This document shows positions 1-10,400 of a stretch of 52,263 nt of DNA, one piece after another. This DNA is from a virus (lineage: Duplodnaviria; Caudoviricetes). The notes beneath the pieces are model-generated. The model worked only from the letters and a program-made list of their open reading frames with translations. It was not told the origin of the DNA and did no database searches. The number at the start of each line of letters is the position of its first letter. Position 1 is the stretch's first letter. The translations under genes and the position numbers were made by a program. The stretch lies in IMG/VR virus record IMGVR_UViG_3300013094_000069, positions 1 through 52,263 of that record; one strand, written 5' to 3'.

Positions 1-129
1 GCGATCTAGTCGAGTTTGTATTTTTTGCTTATATGATTTTTTTTCTGCTTTACTTAAGCCATTTTTGGCATGTTTCTTTTTTAATGTTTCGGCTCTTTTT
101 ATTATATGGTCTGAAGTAATATAAGTTAT

Positions 130-1005
130 CTACTCTTCATAAACTGGACCGCCGCCACCACCCATTCCTTGTCTAGTGTAACTAGGTGTTAGGTTATTCA
201 TTTCTAAAATATCATCACGTAAGTTTTGATTACGTTTTTCGATGTTTAACACACGAGTAAAGCTATTAGTAATAGCGGCAGTATAGTAAGCAAATGGATT
301 TTGTGATTTTGATTCGTCAAATTGTAGGCCAATTTGGCTTAATTGTAGTAGTGCTTGCCCACGCATTTCTTCATTGTAGGTATATCCCCTCCAATTGCTA
401 CGAGTAGCATATCTCTCGCATAATTTGATAAACATGTGTGCTAGTTTGTTGGTCATTTTACCGTGTTCTCTATTAAAACTGCCAGTATCCAGTGGACCTT
501 TCCAATGGCTTTTACCTACACAAATGGGATTGCCGTCTGCATCCACTTTATAGTGTTGAAATGGCGGAAAGTTACATTTTACGTACTTGGTATTACCAAT
601 TAAATCTAGATCTTCATCGTCGTATTCGCTACGTGGAATAGCACCTTCTTCATCTTCGAGTGCTTTTACAGCAGCCTTGCGACTTTTTACATCATCAACT
701 GGAATATGATCCCAGGTCATGATTCTAAAAACCACATCAGTATCAGAAATGTCTTTAAGTTTAATTTCAAATTCATCTAATTTGCGCTTGACCCCATCTT
801 TGGTAGCTTCTTCATGTGCTAATTTAGCTAACCTGTCGGCTCGATTTTGGCGTGCTTCTTTGATATTCTTTTTATTGATTTTACTAACATCTGGTAAAAT
901 CATATCATAGTCAGCATCGGCTAAATTAATAAACGAACAGTAAGTGGTTTTACTTTTGTGTATTTCTTTTAATATGTCTTTGTTATTTAAATAATTGTGG
1001 CGCAC
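130..1005 (-). CDS. gp55: T4 gp55-like sigma factor for late transcription
   Basis: The C-terminal region has the gp55-type segment NWRGYTYNEEMRGQALLQL...FDESKSQNPFAYYTAAITNSFTRVLNIEKRNQNLRD, and the N-terminus has the typical NYLNNKD. The start is more likely GTG at 1005 (AAGGA 7 nt upstream on the - strand) than TTG at 1011. Confidence 0.8.
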   Translation of the reverse strand: MRHNYLNNKDILKEIHKSKTTYCSFINLADADYDMILPDVSKINKKNIKEARQNRADRLAKLAHEEATKDGVKRKLDEFEIKLKDISDTDVVFRIMTWDHIPVDDVKSRKAAVKALEDEEGAIPRSEYDDEDLDLIGNTKYVKCNFPPFQHYKVDADGNPICVGKSHWKGPLDTGSFNREHGKMTNKLAHMFIKLCERYATRSNWRGYTYNEEMRGQALLQLSQIGLQFDESKSQNPFAYYTAAITNSFTRVLNIEKRNQNLRDDILEMNNLTPSYTRQGMGGGGGPVYEE

Positions 1006-1029
1006 CTTCAATTCCTTATAAGTTAGTGC

Positions 1030-1059
1030 ATACTAACATATTTAATTTCGAGTTGTCAA
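1030..1059 (-). promoter_or_regulatory. sigma70-like promoter for the late sigma gene (TTGACA-18 bp-TAGTAT with TGn extension), with an internal TAAATA box
   Basis: On the - strand, TTGACA lies at 1059-1054, TGT-TAGTAT ends at 1030, and TAAATA lies at 1044-1039. Confidence 0.6.
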
Positions 1060-1104
1060 CCTATTTGTAAAACAAAAACATTATCTACGCACTTAATTTA
1101 AACA

Positions 1105-1111
1105 ATAAATA
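1105..1111 (+). promoter_or_regulatory. T4-type late promoter box (ATAAATA)
   Basis: Matches the core of T4 late TATAAATA and lies ~24 nt upstream of the first structural gene. The same motif recurs before several other structural genes. Confidence 0.6.
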
Positions 1112-1134
1112 TTACTATAACAGGAAACCAGCAA

Positions 1135-2136
1135 ATGCCAGTCTTATCAAATCCAGTACTACCCGGTAATTCACTTAACGGATCTTTGGGCAATATGATT
1201 ACCCAAGCCGTATCATCAAGTGCATTGGGTTCTGTTGGTTTAAATAAAGCCAGTGGTAGAATGACTGTAGCACAGATGTACAATTACAGTTATCAAAACG
1301 GTCCTCCTAGTGTTAAATTTCCGGCAGCCAATCAAGATTGGCGTGTTCGTGTGAGTCTTGCTCCCGGTGCTACTTATTTTTATAATGATCCCAGTAACTA
1401 CTTGTTATCACCATTGGTGAATTTACCTGGTGGATTAGGTGGTGCACCAAATTCTACTGCGGCATTATTAAATAGTGCGTTTGGATTAACAACTACTCCA
1501 CGAATAGGAGTTGTATTTCCTTATACTCCACAACTGACAGTACAGCATACAGCCAATTACTCTGAACAAAAATTAACACATAATAATTATACAAACTATT
1601 TTTATGATAGTTCAGCAGTTTCTGCTATAACAATTAACGCAGATTTTACAGTACAAAGCATTGACGAAGGTCAATATTTATTAGCAACAATTTACTTCTT
1701 TAGAGCAGTAACAAAAATGTTCTTTGGCGCAGACCCACAAGCAGGCAATCCTCCGCCATTGGTATACTTAAATGGTTATGGGCAGTATTATTTGCCTAAT
1801 GTACCATGTGTAGTAACTAGTTTTAGTCATACTATGCCTGGAGATGTTGACTATATGGATGTAGTTGAGCCATACGCAACACAAACGGGCGGATATAATC
1901 CTCAGCTGGTTAAACCTGTATTAAATAGTACTAGACTTCCAACAACCAGTACTGTTTCACTAACATTGCAACCAATTTACAGCAGAGCCGCACAAAGTGC
2001 TGGATTTAGTCTTAACGATTTTGCATCTGGTGCACTAGTGAATCCGCAAAATTCTGGAAATCCTGCAACTGCATTTGGATCAACTATTCCTAAACCAACA
2101 TACGCTACATTTAAACCACAGGGCGGATTCTTATAA
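1135..2136 (+). CDS. baseplate tail-tube cap/initiator (tube-fold, gp48/gp54-like)
   Basis: VFPYTPQLTVQHTANY...ITINADFTVQ...PPPLVYLNGYG...VPCVVTSFSHT pattern typical of tube-fold baseplate proteins. First gene of the baseplate cluster. Confidence 0.55.
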   Translation: MPVLSNPVLPGNSLNGSLGNMITQAVSSSALGSVGLNKASGRMTVAQMYNYSYQNGPPSVKFPAANQDWRVRVSLAPGATYFYNDPSNYLLSPLVNLPGGLGGAPNSTAALLNSAFGLTTTPRIGVVFPYTPQLTVQHTANYSEQKLTHNNYTNYFYDSSAVSAITINADFTVQSIDEGQYLLATIYFFRAVTKMFFGADPQAGNPPPLVYLNGYGQYYLPNVPCVVTSFSHTMPGDVDYMDVVEPYATQTGGYNPQLVKPVLNSTRLPTTSTVSLTLQPIYSRAAQSAGFSLNDFASGALVNPQNSGNPATAFGSTIPKPTYATFKPQGGFL

Positions 2137-2435
2137 TGGCAACATATACATCTACAAGTCCATACTATAAAACTCAGATGTGGGGACAATATCTGGATGT
2201 ATGGTCTGGTGTTACCATAACCCCAGATCCCAGTGATGCATTGTATCAAATTGATTCAGTATATAACGGAAGACCTGATATTTTAGCATTTGATATGTAC
2301 AAGGACAGTAATTTATGGTGGGTATTTGCAGTACGCAATCCCGATGTTATTCGAGATCCACTTCGTGATTTTCAAACAGGAACAATTATATATGTTCCTA
2401 CGTTTGCAGTGGTTAAAACGGCATTGGGAATTTAA
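2136..2435 (+). CDS. baseplate wedge protein, gp53/LysM-like
   Basis: 99 aa with RPDILAFDMYKDSNLWWVFAVRNP...GTIIYVP, the classic gp53/tail-X LysM-like signature. Confidence 0.75.
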   Translation: MATYTSTSPYYKTQMWGQYLDVWSGVTITPDPSDALYQIDSVYNGRPDILAFDMYKDSNLWWVFAVRNPDVIRDPLRDFQTGTIIYVPTFAVVKTALGI

Positions 2436-2437
2436 AA

Positions 2438-4750
2438 ATGACTGTTGGTGCAAACTCATCAGTAAGTTTACCGTACTATGCTGACTACAATACTCCGCCA
2501 GCCGGCACATATACTCCACCTACAGGATATGTATTAGCCACATCCAACCAAGTTGAAAATTCGGCCTACACAGGTGCAATGTATGACGCTGTAGGAAATG
2601 CTTGGATTGTTCCGGTATCTGCAAATCAAGTCTCAACAACTGTTGCAACCAGCAGTTCTGCACAACTTAACGCACAAGCGTCAGCAGTATCATCAACGCC
2701 AGTGCAGTTACCACAAGTAGTAATAACAGCAAAAAAATTAAAAAAATCAGCAATACTACCTAACCCACTGAATTCATATGCATCATATACATATGGTTGG
2801 ACTTTATGGTATTTAGATCCTGGCGATTTAAATGCATTGCAAGGTTATACAGACGTTGGACAATCAACAGGTTTTGTTCCCACTGCTGGGAAGAGTTTTG
2901 TTGTTGCTGAAGATGGCGGCAGGTATATATCGCAACGTGTACCGGTATCTTCCGGTCTTAATTATCAAATTCAAACAGTTAATTTTTCTACACATGTTGC
3001 GCCTAGCAAAGCAGGACTTGGCACCAATTTAATTGGTGGTAGTATGACTATACGTGAACCATATGGTTGCACTCTAATAGACACACTGGCATTAACTGCA
3101 TTTGGTCTTAGAAATGCTGGGTCACCAACTGCAAATTATCTCGATTTACCTTATCTATTGCAATTAGATTTCTTTGGCTACGATGACAATGGAGATCCAA
3201 TTCCTGAAAGTCAAACAGCAATATTTAGAAAATATTTTCCTATACATCTAACTGGAATTAAAATTGAAGCTACTACCGCAGGGGCAGAATACAAAATAGA
3301 TTATGTACCTATTGGACATATAGCATTACACGAAGAATATGTTAATATTCCGAAAAATATGCCAGTTGGTGGAGCTACTGTAAATGAATTCTTTAAAAAT
3401 CTAACCGCACAATTACAGATATACTGGGCAGATTCTGTGTCGTCAGGTGTTGCTTTATATGCTGATGGAATATCATTTGAATTTGATCCTATGATAGGAC
3501 AAAGTACAATTGTGTATCCTAAGGATAATTCTTTTGCTGATGCAGATACGCAGGGTGTAACAGTTGATGTTGCAAAACGACAATTTAATATCAGTGAAGG
3601 TACAAAAATCACCGATCTAATAAATCGTGTATTGTCTTTATCTAGCTTTATGACTGAACAGGTAAATGCACAAGGTGGTGCTAACAGCTCACATACTTCG
3701 CCGTTTAACGTATATAAAGTAATGATAGGATGCCAATACGGTGCAATTGGCAATACTAATGCTATACAATTTGAAGTATTTGATCCAGCAAAGAATCAGT
3801 TTCCTAAAGTAATAACATATAAAATACATCAATTTGTTAGCTTTATGGGACATCACCCGGCAATTGATCAAGCACCAGACAGCACACCATTTACTGTTAA
3901 AGCCTACAATTATTGGTACACTGGTAAAAATACAGAGATTATTAATCTTAAAATAAATTTTGATACTACTGCTTATACTCAGGTCCTGTCGTGGACGGAT
4001 ATATTCCCTGGATATCAACCATTGGCAGACGAAGCAACATACCAAGCAGTTAAATCTGCAATTAACATTGGCCCTTCGATGTTAGGAATTTTATATCCAT
4101 CACTGACAAATATCCCATCAGTTACCCCCACTAGGTATATAGGTATTGTTAATGACATGAATATAACAACCTGGGGAGGATTATTGAATGCCCCTGAAGC
4201 ACAAACAAATGCAGATATCTTAAAAAGTTTACATTCAAGACCGAATGGCGACATGTGTACTGTAGATTTGCAAATACTTGGTGATCCACATTTGATTAAA
4301 CAGGATGATTGGTTTGTAATTCCAAGTCCAACAGACGGATCTTATAATATTATCAGCAATTCTGATTTTGCAACCAAGTATGGATGGTTGCCAATGGACA
4401 CCGGAGATGTTATTGTATCACTAACAGTAAACACACCAATTGACCAAGATGCAGACATAACCGGGCAGGGGCTAATGTATTGGGAAGGCGGAACTGCAAC
4501 ACCAAGTAAATCTCTATTCAGTGGGCAATATAAAATAACAACAATCAACAACAAATTTGAAAACGGCAAATTTGAACAAACATTAAAATTAGTAAGATAT
4601 CCAAATCAGGATATTGCAGCAGCAATTGCAAAACTGCAAGATAGTAGAAGTTCAGCAGTTGGCACTAGTTCCGGTAATCAGTTACCCAGTGTATCGCCTA
4701 ATGGTGCTAGTGTAAATACCGGCAGTTCAGCCTCGGTTGCAAATCAATAA
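2438..4750 (+). CDS. baseplate hub protein (gp27-like)
   Basis: Lies between the gp53-like and gp5-like genes. The C-terminus LQILGDP...FSGQYKITTINNKFENGKFEQTLKLVR is characteristic of hub proteins. Confidence 0.6.
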   Translation: MTVGANSSVSLPYYADYNTPPAGTYTPPTGYVLATSNQVENSAYTGAMYDAVGNAWIVPVSANQVSTTVATSSSAQLNAQASAVSSTPVQLPQVVITAKKLKKSAILPNPLNSYASYTYGWTLWYLDPGDLNALQGYTDVGQSTGFVPTAGKSFVVAEDGGRYISQRVPVSSGLNYQIQTVNFSTHVAPSKAGLGTNLIGGSMTIREPYGCTLIDTLALTAFGLRNAGSPTANYLDLPYLLQLDFFGYDDNGDPIPESQTAIFRKYFPIHLTGIKIEATTAGAEYKIDYVPIGHIALHEEYVNIPKNMPVGGATVNEFFKNLTAQLQIYWADSVSSGVALYADGISFEFDPMIGQSTIVYPKDNSFADADTQGVTVDVAKRQFNISEGTKITDLINRVLSLSSFMTEQVNAQGGANSSHTSPFNVYKVMIGCQYGAIGNTNAIQFEVFDPAKNQFPKVITYKIHQFVSFMGHHPAIDQAPDSTPFTVKAYNYWYTGKNTEIINLKINFDTTAYTQVLSWTDIFPGYQPLADEATYQAVKSAINIGPSMLGILYPSLTNIPSVTPTRYIGIVNDMNITTWGGLLNAPEAQTNADILKSLHSRPNGDMCTVDLQILGDPHLIKQDDWFVIPSPTDGSYNIISNSDFATKYGWLPMDTGDVIVSLTVNTPIDQDADITGQGLMYWEGGTATPSKSLFSGQYKITTINNKFENGKFEQTLKLVRYPNQDIAAAIAKLQDSRSSAVGTSSGNQLPSVSPNGASVNTGSSASVANQ

Positions 4751-4763
4751 TAGGAATCATTAA

Positions 4764-6299
4764 ATGGCAAGTAATCAACATAGAAGAACTGGTACAGCAA
4801 TAACTTCTTCTGTAGACCCTAAAAAAACTGGATTAAAAGTTGATCCGGGTCCATACGTGGGTATTGTGCGTGATTTTGTCAAGGGTACACGTATGGGACA
4901 ATTGTTAGTTGAGATCCCAGAGTGGAGTACAACATCAACATCGACATTTGTGAAAGTAAGTTATTGTAGCCCTTTTTACGGCAAAACTTTTGGTACTGAT
5001 ACAGATGATCTTCCTGATAGTCCAACTACGTCCGGGCAGAGTTATGGAATGTTCATGGTGCCACCTGACCTTGGCAACAAAGTTCTATGTATATTTGCCA
5101 ATGGTGATAGAGATCGGGGCTATTGGATAGGTTGTGTTTACGATAGCCCAAGTCATCACATGGTTCCGGCACTAGGCAGAAATATTGCAGGGCCCAATAA
5201 AACTATTTTGCCACCTACACCTTTAAGCACATCAGTTGGTGCAACCAGCGTATTACCTGTTATGGAATACAACACTGGTGATCCTACTGCATATACAGCA
5301 GATGGACTTACAGCAACACCTCGACAAACACATCAATATCAAGCGGCAGTATTAATCAAGCAAGGACTAGATAGAGATCCAATACGAGGAGCTATCAGTT
5401 CCAGTAGTCTAAGAGAAATGCCTAGTAATGTTTATGGCATAAGCACACCGGGCAGAAGTGCTACACAAACAGCACAAGTACCGTCAAACCCTAATGCAAC
5501 AATTTTTAGAACTGGCGGACATAGTTTTGTAATGGACGATGGTGCGGCAGGGGATTCTGTTAATCCTGTAGGTACAGATCAATTGATTCGCTTGCGTACA
5601 ACCAGTGGACATCAGATACTAATGAATGACACAGAAAATGTGTTATACGTAGCAAGCGCCAGCGGTGACCAGTGGTTAGAGTTTAGCAACGACGGACAAA
5701 TTCATGTGTATTCTACAAATGCAATTAATATGCGTACCAAAGGTGTAATGAATTTTCATGCCGACGGTGCAATCATTATGAATAGTCCTATCATTGAAAT
5801 GAATGCAGTTGACACTTCGGGAGGAACTGGACAGTCAGCTATTGTAATGAATACCCCAGGCAGTATTGCTATGTCTGCTCAGACTGGAATTTCTGCACAA
5901 ACCAATGGATCATTGGGATTAAGTGCTACAATGGGATCGTTTAATTGTTTAGCTACCTTGGGTTTATCATCAGCTGGCATGACTAGTGTTTATGGTACAT
6001 TATTAAAATTAAATACTGGATTCCCAGGTATACCTAACATAAACTTAAATTCAACTCCGCTGAATAAACTAGATGATACAGTCTATTCAGATGGAACAAA
6101 TGCATGGGTTAAATCGCCACACACAATTACATCAGCATGCACTACTGTTCCTGCACACGAGCCCTGGGTTGGCCCCGACGGCAAATCGCGTCCATTGCCA
6201 CAAATACCTGGACAACCAGCTGGTAGTGCATTAGGTACACTAGCTGTTGGTGCGGCATTAGCCGGACTTGCATCAACTATAGGCGGAGCTTTATTCTAA
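4764..6299 (+). CDS. baseplate central spike (gp5/VgrG-like: OB-fold plus beta-helix)
   Basis: OB-fold motif GMFMVPPDLGNKVLCIFANGDRDRGYWIGC, then RTGGHSFVMDD / RTTSGHQILMNDT repeats, a beta-helical stretch and a PAHEPW tip motif. Confidence 0.8.
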   Translation: MASNQHRRTGTAITSSVDPKKTGLKVDPGPYVGIVRDFVKGTRMGQLLVEIPEWSTTSTSTFVKVSYCSPFYGKTFGTDTDDLPDSPTTSGQSYGMFMVPPDLGNKVLCIFANGDRDRGYWIGCVYDSPSHHMVPALGRNIAGPNKTILPPTPLSTSVGATSVLPVMEYNTGDPTAYTADGLTATPRQTHQYQAAVLIKQGLDRDPIRGAISSSSLREMPSNVYGISTPGRSATQTAQVPSNPNATIFRTGGHSFVMDDGAAGDSVNPVGTDQLIRLRTTSGHQILMNDTENVLYVASASGDQWLEFSNDGQIHVYSTNAINMRTKGVMNFHADGAIIMNSPIIEMNAVDTSGGTGQSAIVMNTPGSIAMSAQTGISAQTNGSLGLSATMGSFNCLATLGLSSAGMTSVYGTLLKLNTGFPGIPNINLNSTPLNKLDDTVYSDGTNAWVKSPHTITSACTTVPAHEPWVGPDGKSRPLPQIPGQPAGSALGTLAVGAALAGLASTIGGALF

Positions 6300-6967
6300 T
6301 GTCAACTACACAAGGATTTTTACAAGCCGCAACTGTACAGATTAAAAATCCGTTACCGGTGTCTTGGTTAGGTAGAGTAGATGCTACTCCTACGTTACCT
6401 GCTTGGGGGCAAGTTGGCACACTAACTTCGGCGCAAACAAGATGTTTATTAGCTGAAATATCATATGATCGAAGCCAATGGAACTATGGACTAGTTGGCG
6501 CAGATAATCAATTGGGCAGATATCAATTTACTGCAACTGTATTAGAAGAATATGGACTGCTTGCTGCAACATCTGTGGAATCTTACGGTAGTGATGCTGT
6601 AAATTATCTACATTGCTGGACACCCTCAATGATTAGATCTCGTGTAAATTCATATGCAAATTACATGTACAATACCATTAGTTTGCAAAATTTTCTTACA
6701 AGTTATATAGCGCAAGAGCATTTAGCATATCAATTAGTAAGTGATTTATACACTTCTGCTAAAAAATCAGGCGCAATCATTGATACAGATACTCCAGATA
6801 TTGTTGCAGGAATGATATATGTTGCTTGGGTACTTGGCATTGACAATAAAATATCTGTAACAGACTCAGGACAAACTGCATTAACATGGCGCAACAGTGG
6901 CTTAGGTACCAGCGGAGCACAGGCATTTAACACCGGGCGATACGCAATAACAGTACTGAGCCTTTAA
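6299..6967 (+). CDS. lysozyme-fold protein associated with the spike (possibly degenerate)
   Basis: LGRYQF motif of lysozyme/transglycosylase-like folds. Translationally coupled to the spike gene (TAATG). Confidence 0.5.
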   Translation: MSTTQGFLQAATVQIKNPLPVSWLGRVDATPTLPAWGQVGTLTSAQTRCLLAEISYDRSQWNYGLVGADNQLGRYQFTATVLEEYGLLAATSVESYGSDAVNYLHCWTPSMIRSRVNSYANYMYNTISLQNFLTSYIAQEHLAYQLVSDLYTSAKKSGAIIDTDTPDIVAGMIYVAWVLGIDNKISVTDSGQTALTWRNSGLGTSGAQAFNTGRYAITVLSL

Positions 6968-6971
6968 TAGA

Positions 6972-6978
6972 ATAAATA
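6972..6978 (+). promoter_or_regulatory. late promoter box ATAAATA
   Basis: In the 15-nt gap just before the gp25-like ATG. Confidence 0.5.
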
Positions 6979-6982
6979 CAAC

Positions 6983-7396
6983 ATGTCACTATACAAAGGT
7001 TTTAGCACATTAATTAGTCCAAAAAGATTTGGTTATACAGATTTTCAATTGGCTCAACGTGATCTATTGAATTATTTCAATATACGCAAAGGCGAAAAGT
7101 TAATGCAACCAAATTTTGGTACCATAATATGGGGACTATTATTTGAGCCGTTAACTGAAGATGTACAGCAAGCAATTAAAAATGATATAACTCAAATTGC
7201 CAGTTACGATCCTAGACTTCAAGTAGGTGAAGTCAGTGTTACACAACAAGACAACGGATTTTTAATACAGTTAGCATTAACTTACATTCCTACTGATCAA
7301 ACAGATGTACTTGAACTAAATTTTGAAAATAGTTCTGCAACATTAACTACAAATACCTTATATACCTCAACTAATTTTAATATTATTGACGGTTAA
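6983..7396 (+). CDS. gp25: baseplate wedge subunit gp25-like
   Basis: DLLNYFNIRKGEKLMQPNFGTIIWGLLFEP...YDPRL is the GPW/gp25 family signature. Confidence 0.9.
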   Translation: MSLYKGFSTLISPKRFGYTDFQLAQRDLLNYFNIRKGEKLMQPNFGTIIWGLLFEPLTEDVQQAIKNDITQIASYDPRLQVGEVSVTQQDNGFLIQLALTYIPTDQTDVLELNFENSSATLTTNTLYTSTNFNIIDG

Positions 7397-7420
7397 TTAA
7401 CTAGCCATATTATTATCTAA

Positions 7421-7427
7421 ATAAATA
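7421..7427 (+). promoter_or_regulatory. late promoter box ATAAATA
   Basis: Intergenic, ~20 nt upstream of the gp6-like ATG, with AGGT SD-like sequence in between. Confidence 0.55.
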
Positions 7428-7446
7428 CTTTATATAGGTAAAAATA

Positions 7447-10400
7447 ATGGCACAGAACACACGTCAAACAAATCTTTTAGTACAGCAGGACTGGACAAAA
7501 GTCTACCAATCGTTCACTAACGCAGATTTTACAAGTTACGACTTTGAAACTTTGCGTTCAACTATGATGAATTATCTGCAGAATTACTATCCAGATACAT
7601 TCAATGATTGGATTGAAAGCAGTGAATACGTTGCTTTAATTGACTTAATTGCATTCCTTGGACAAAGTTTAGCATTTCGCACTGATTTAAATTCACGTGA
7701 AAATTTCTTAGATACTGCACAAAGACGTGACAGTATATTGAAACTTGCTCGTATGTTGAGCTATAATCCTCAACGTACAAATAGTGCCAGTGGACTAATA
7801 AAAATTGACAGTATAAAAACAACTGAATCAGTATACGATAGTTTTGGTAATAACCTTGCAAATTCAACAATCCATTGGAATGACAATACCAATGATAATT
7901 GGCTTGAACAATTTACTAACATTTTAAATGCTTCATTGGTGTCGGCACAGGCTATCGGCAAACCTGCAAACAGCCAATTGATTTCGGGTATTCAAACAGA
8001 TGAATACACGATTAATCTAAATACAAATTCATTGCCGCTTGCACCGTTTAGTGTAACAGTACAAGGTACATCAACAAATTTTGAAGCTGTAAGTGCAACA
8101 TCATTGGGCCAAACATACATTTACGAAAAAGATCCAACAATGTCTGGACAATTTAACGTATTGTACAGAAATGATAACAATGGAAATAACAGCAATAACA
8201 CAGGATTTTTTGTTTACTTTAAACAAGGTAGTCTACAAGCCGCGGACTTTACAATTACCAATGCTGTGCCAAACAATTATGTAGCAATATCAACAAACAA
8301 TATCAATCAAACTGATAATTGGTTATATGTGTTAGATGTTAATAAAAATCCTACTACATTGTGGACTGAAACTCCTGCATTGCAGGGCATTAATGTTATA
8401 TACAATCAATTAACAAATAAAAATTTATATCAATTGAATTCGCAAGCCGGCGACCAAGTTAACATTGTATTTGGTGATGGCAGTTTTTCAAATATACCAA
8501 GTGGTGCTTTTAGATTTTATTTCAGAGCCAGTAACGGTTTGAGTTATACTATCAATCCTGATGACATGAGCTCAGTGGTGATTGCGTTTAATTATATTGG
8601 CGCAAACAATTCACAACAAGTTTTAACTATCACTGCAAGTTTAAAATACACAGTAACCAATGCAACTGCCGCACAGTCATTGGATAGCATTAAAACAAAT
8701 GCTCCGCAACAGTATTATACACAAAACCGTATGATTACTGCGGAAGATTATAATATTTTTCCACTGACTAATTTCAGTAGTATTCAAAAAATTAAAACTG
8801 TAAACCGTACTAGCTCAGGTGTTAGTTTATATCTTGACCAATTGGACCCAACTGGTAGTTACAGTAGTACAAATATATTTTGTGATGATGGTATTTTATA
8901 TGCTAATACCATAGTAAATTCATCAACGTTTAATTTTTTAAGCACCAATGACGTTTATTCTGCTATCTACAACGATATTGTTCCAATTATTAATTCAGTG
9001 GAAATGCGTAATTACTATTATGCTAACTACCCTAGATTTAATTCTCCAGCTACAAATGTAACATTCAGTCAAGTAAGCTCGTCTACTTCTTCAAGTTCGG
9101 GATACTTGCAGGTCAGTGGTACAACCCAACAAGTTGGTCCTGGTATTACAGGTAATTTGCAATATGTAAACACAGGTGCAAGTTTATTGTTTACTGCTCC
9201 GGCTGGATATTACTTTGATGCACAAAATAATATTAAATCTGGCACTCCAACAGTGAATGGCGACCGTACTAGTTTTTATGCTTCAGTTACTAGTGTAGTG
9301 CCAAACAGCAATGAGTATGCAACACCATCGTTGGTTAACTTTGGTACAGTAGTTCCTTCTGGTGCATTATTGTCGGACAGTGATCTTGATTGGAATTATT
9401 GTATTATTCCGCCGTATAAAAATGATTTAACTACCGGATTGATTTCTACTATCATTACACAAATTAATGCAAAAGTTAACTTTGGGTTAACTTATGATCA
9501 AGTTGATCAAACTTGGGTTAATATACCTCCAGCAAGCATCGGCTCTAACAGCACATGGCTATTAAAATTTGTTTATAGTCAAGGTACATATACTGTAAGC
9601 AGTAAAATTTTACAGTATATTTTTGCTAGTGCTGGTGAAACTAATTTCTATTTTGACCCTACTGTTCGTGTTTACGATTCTATTACTGGTCGTACCATAA
9701 CAGATATTATTAAAATTTTAAAAATAAACACACAACCAAATTCATCATATCCAATGGGAGTTGATGTTGCATGGCAAGTATATGATACAATAACAGATCC
9801 GTCAGGATATGCTGACACTGACAGAGTTGTAGTTCGTATGCCTACTACACAGTTAGATGGTGTGCCAGATAATCCTGATTTATATACAACTGTTGCTGGA
9901 GTATCAACTTCACGTAATGGACTATATTTCCAGTGGCAACATAACAGCCCAAGTAGAAGTAGAATAGATCCTACTCCTATTAATATCATGGATGTGTATA
10001 TTTTAACTGCTGACTATGCCACAAGTTATTTAGAGTGGATTCAAGATATCACTGGCACAGTAGAAGAACCTACATTACCAACCAGTGGTAGTTTAGAAGT
10101 TGCTTATAGTACATTAGATAATTACAAAGCAGTAAGTGACACACTAGTTTACAATCCTGCACAATTTAAACCATTGTTTGGATCTAAAGCTGAATCAAGT
10201 CTACAAGCACGTTTCCAAGTGGTTATTAACCCAGCGTCAAGTATTACGCCAAATGAAATAAAGAGTCAGATGATTGCGGCAATTAACAAATACTTTGACT
10301 TATCTAATTGGGACTTTGGCGACACATTTTATTTCAGTGAACTTGCTGCATACTTGCATACAAGTCTAGCTCCAAATTTAGCAAGCGTAGTAATTGTTCC

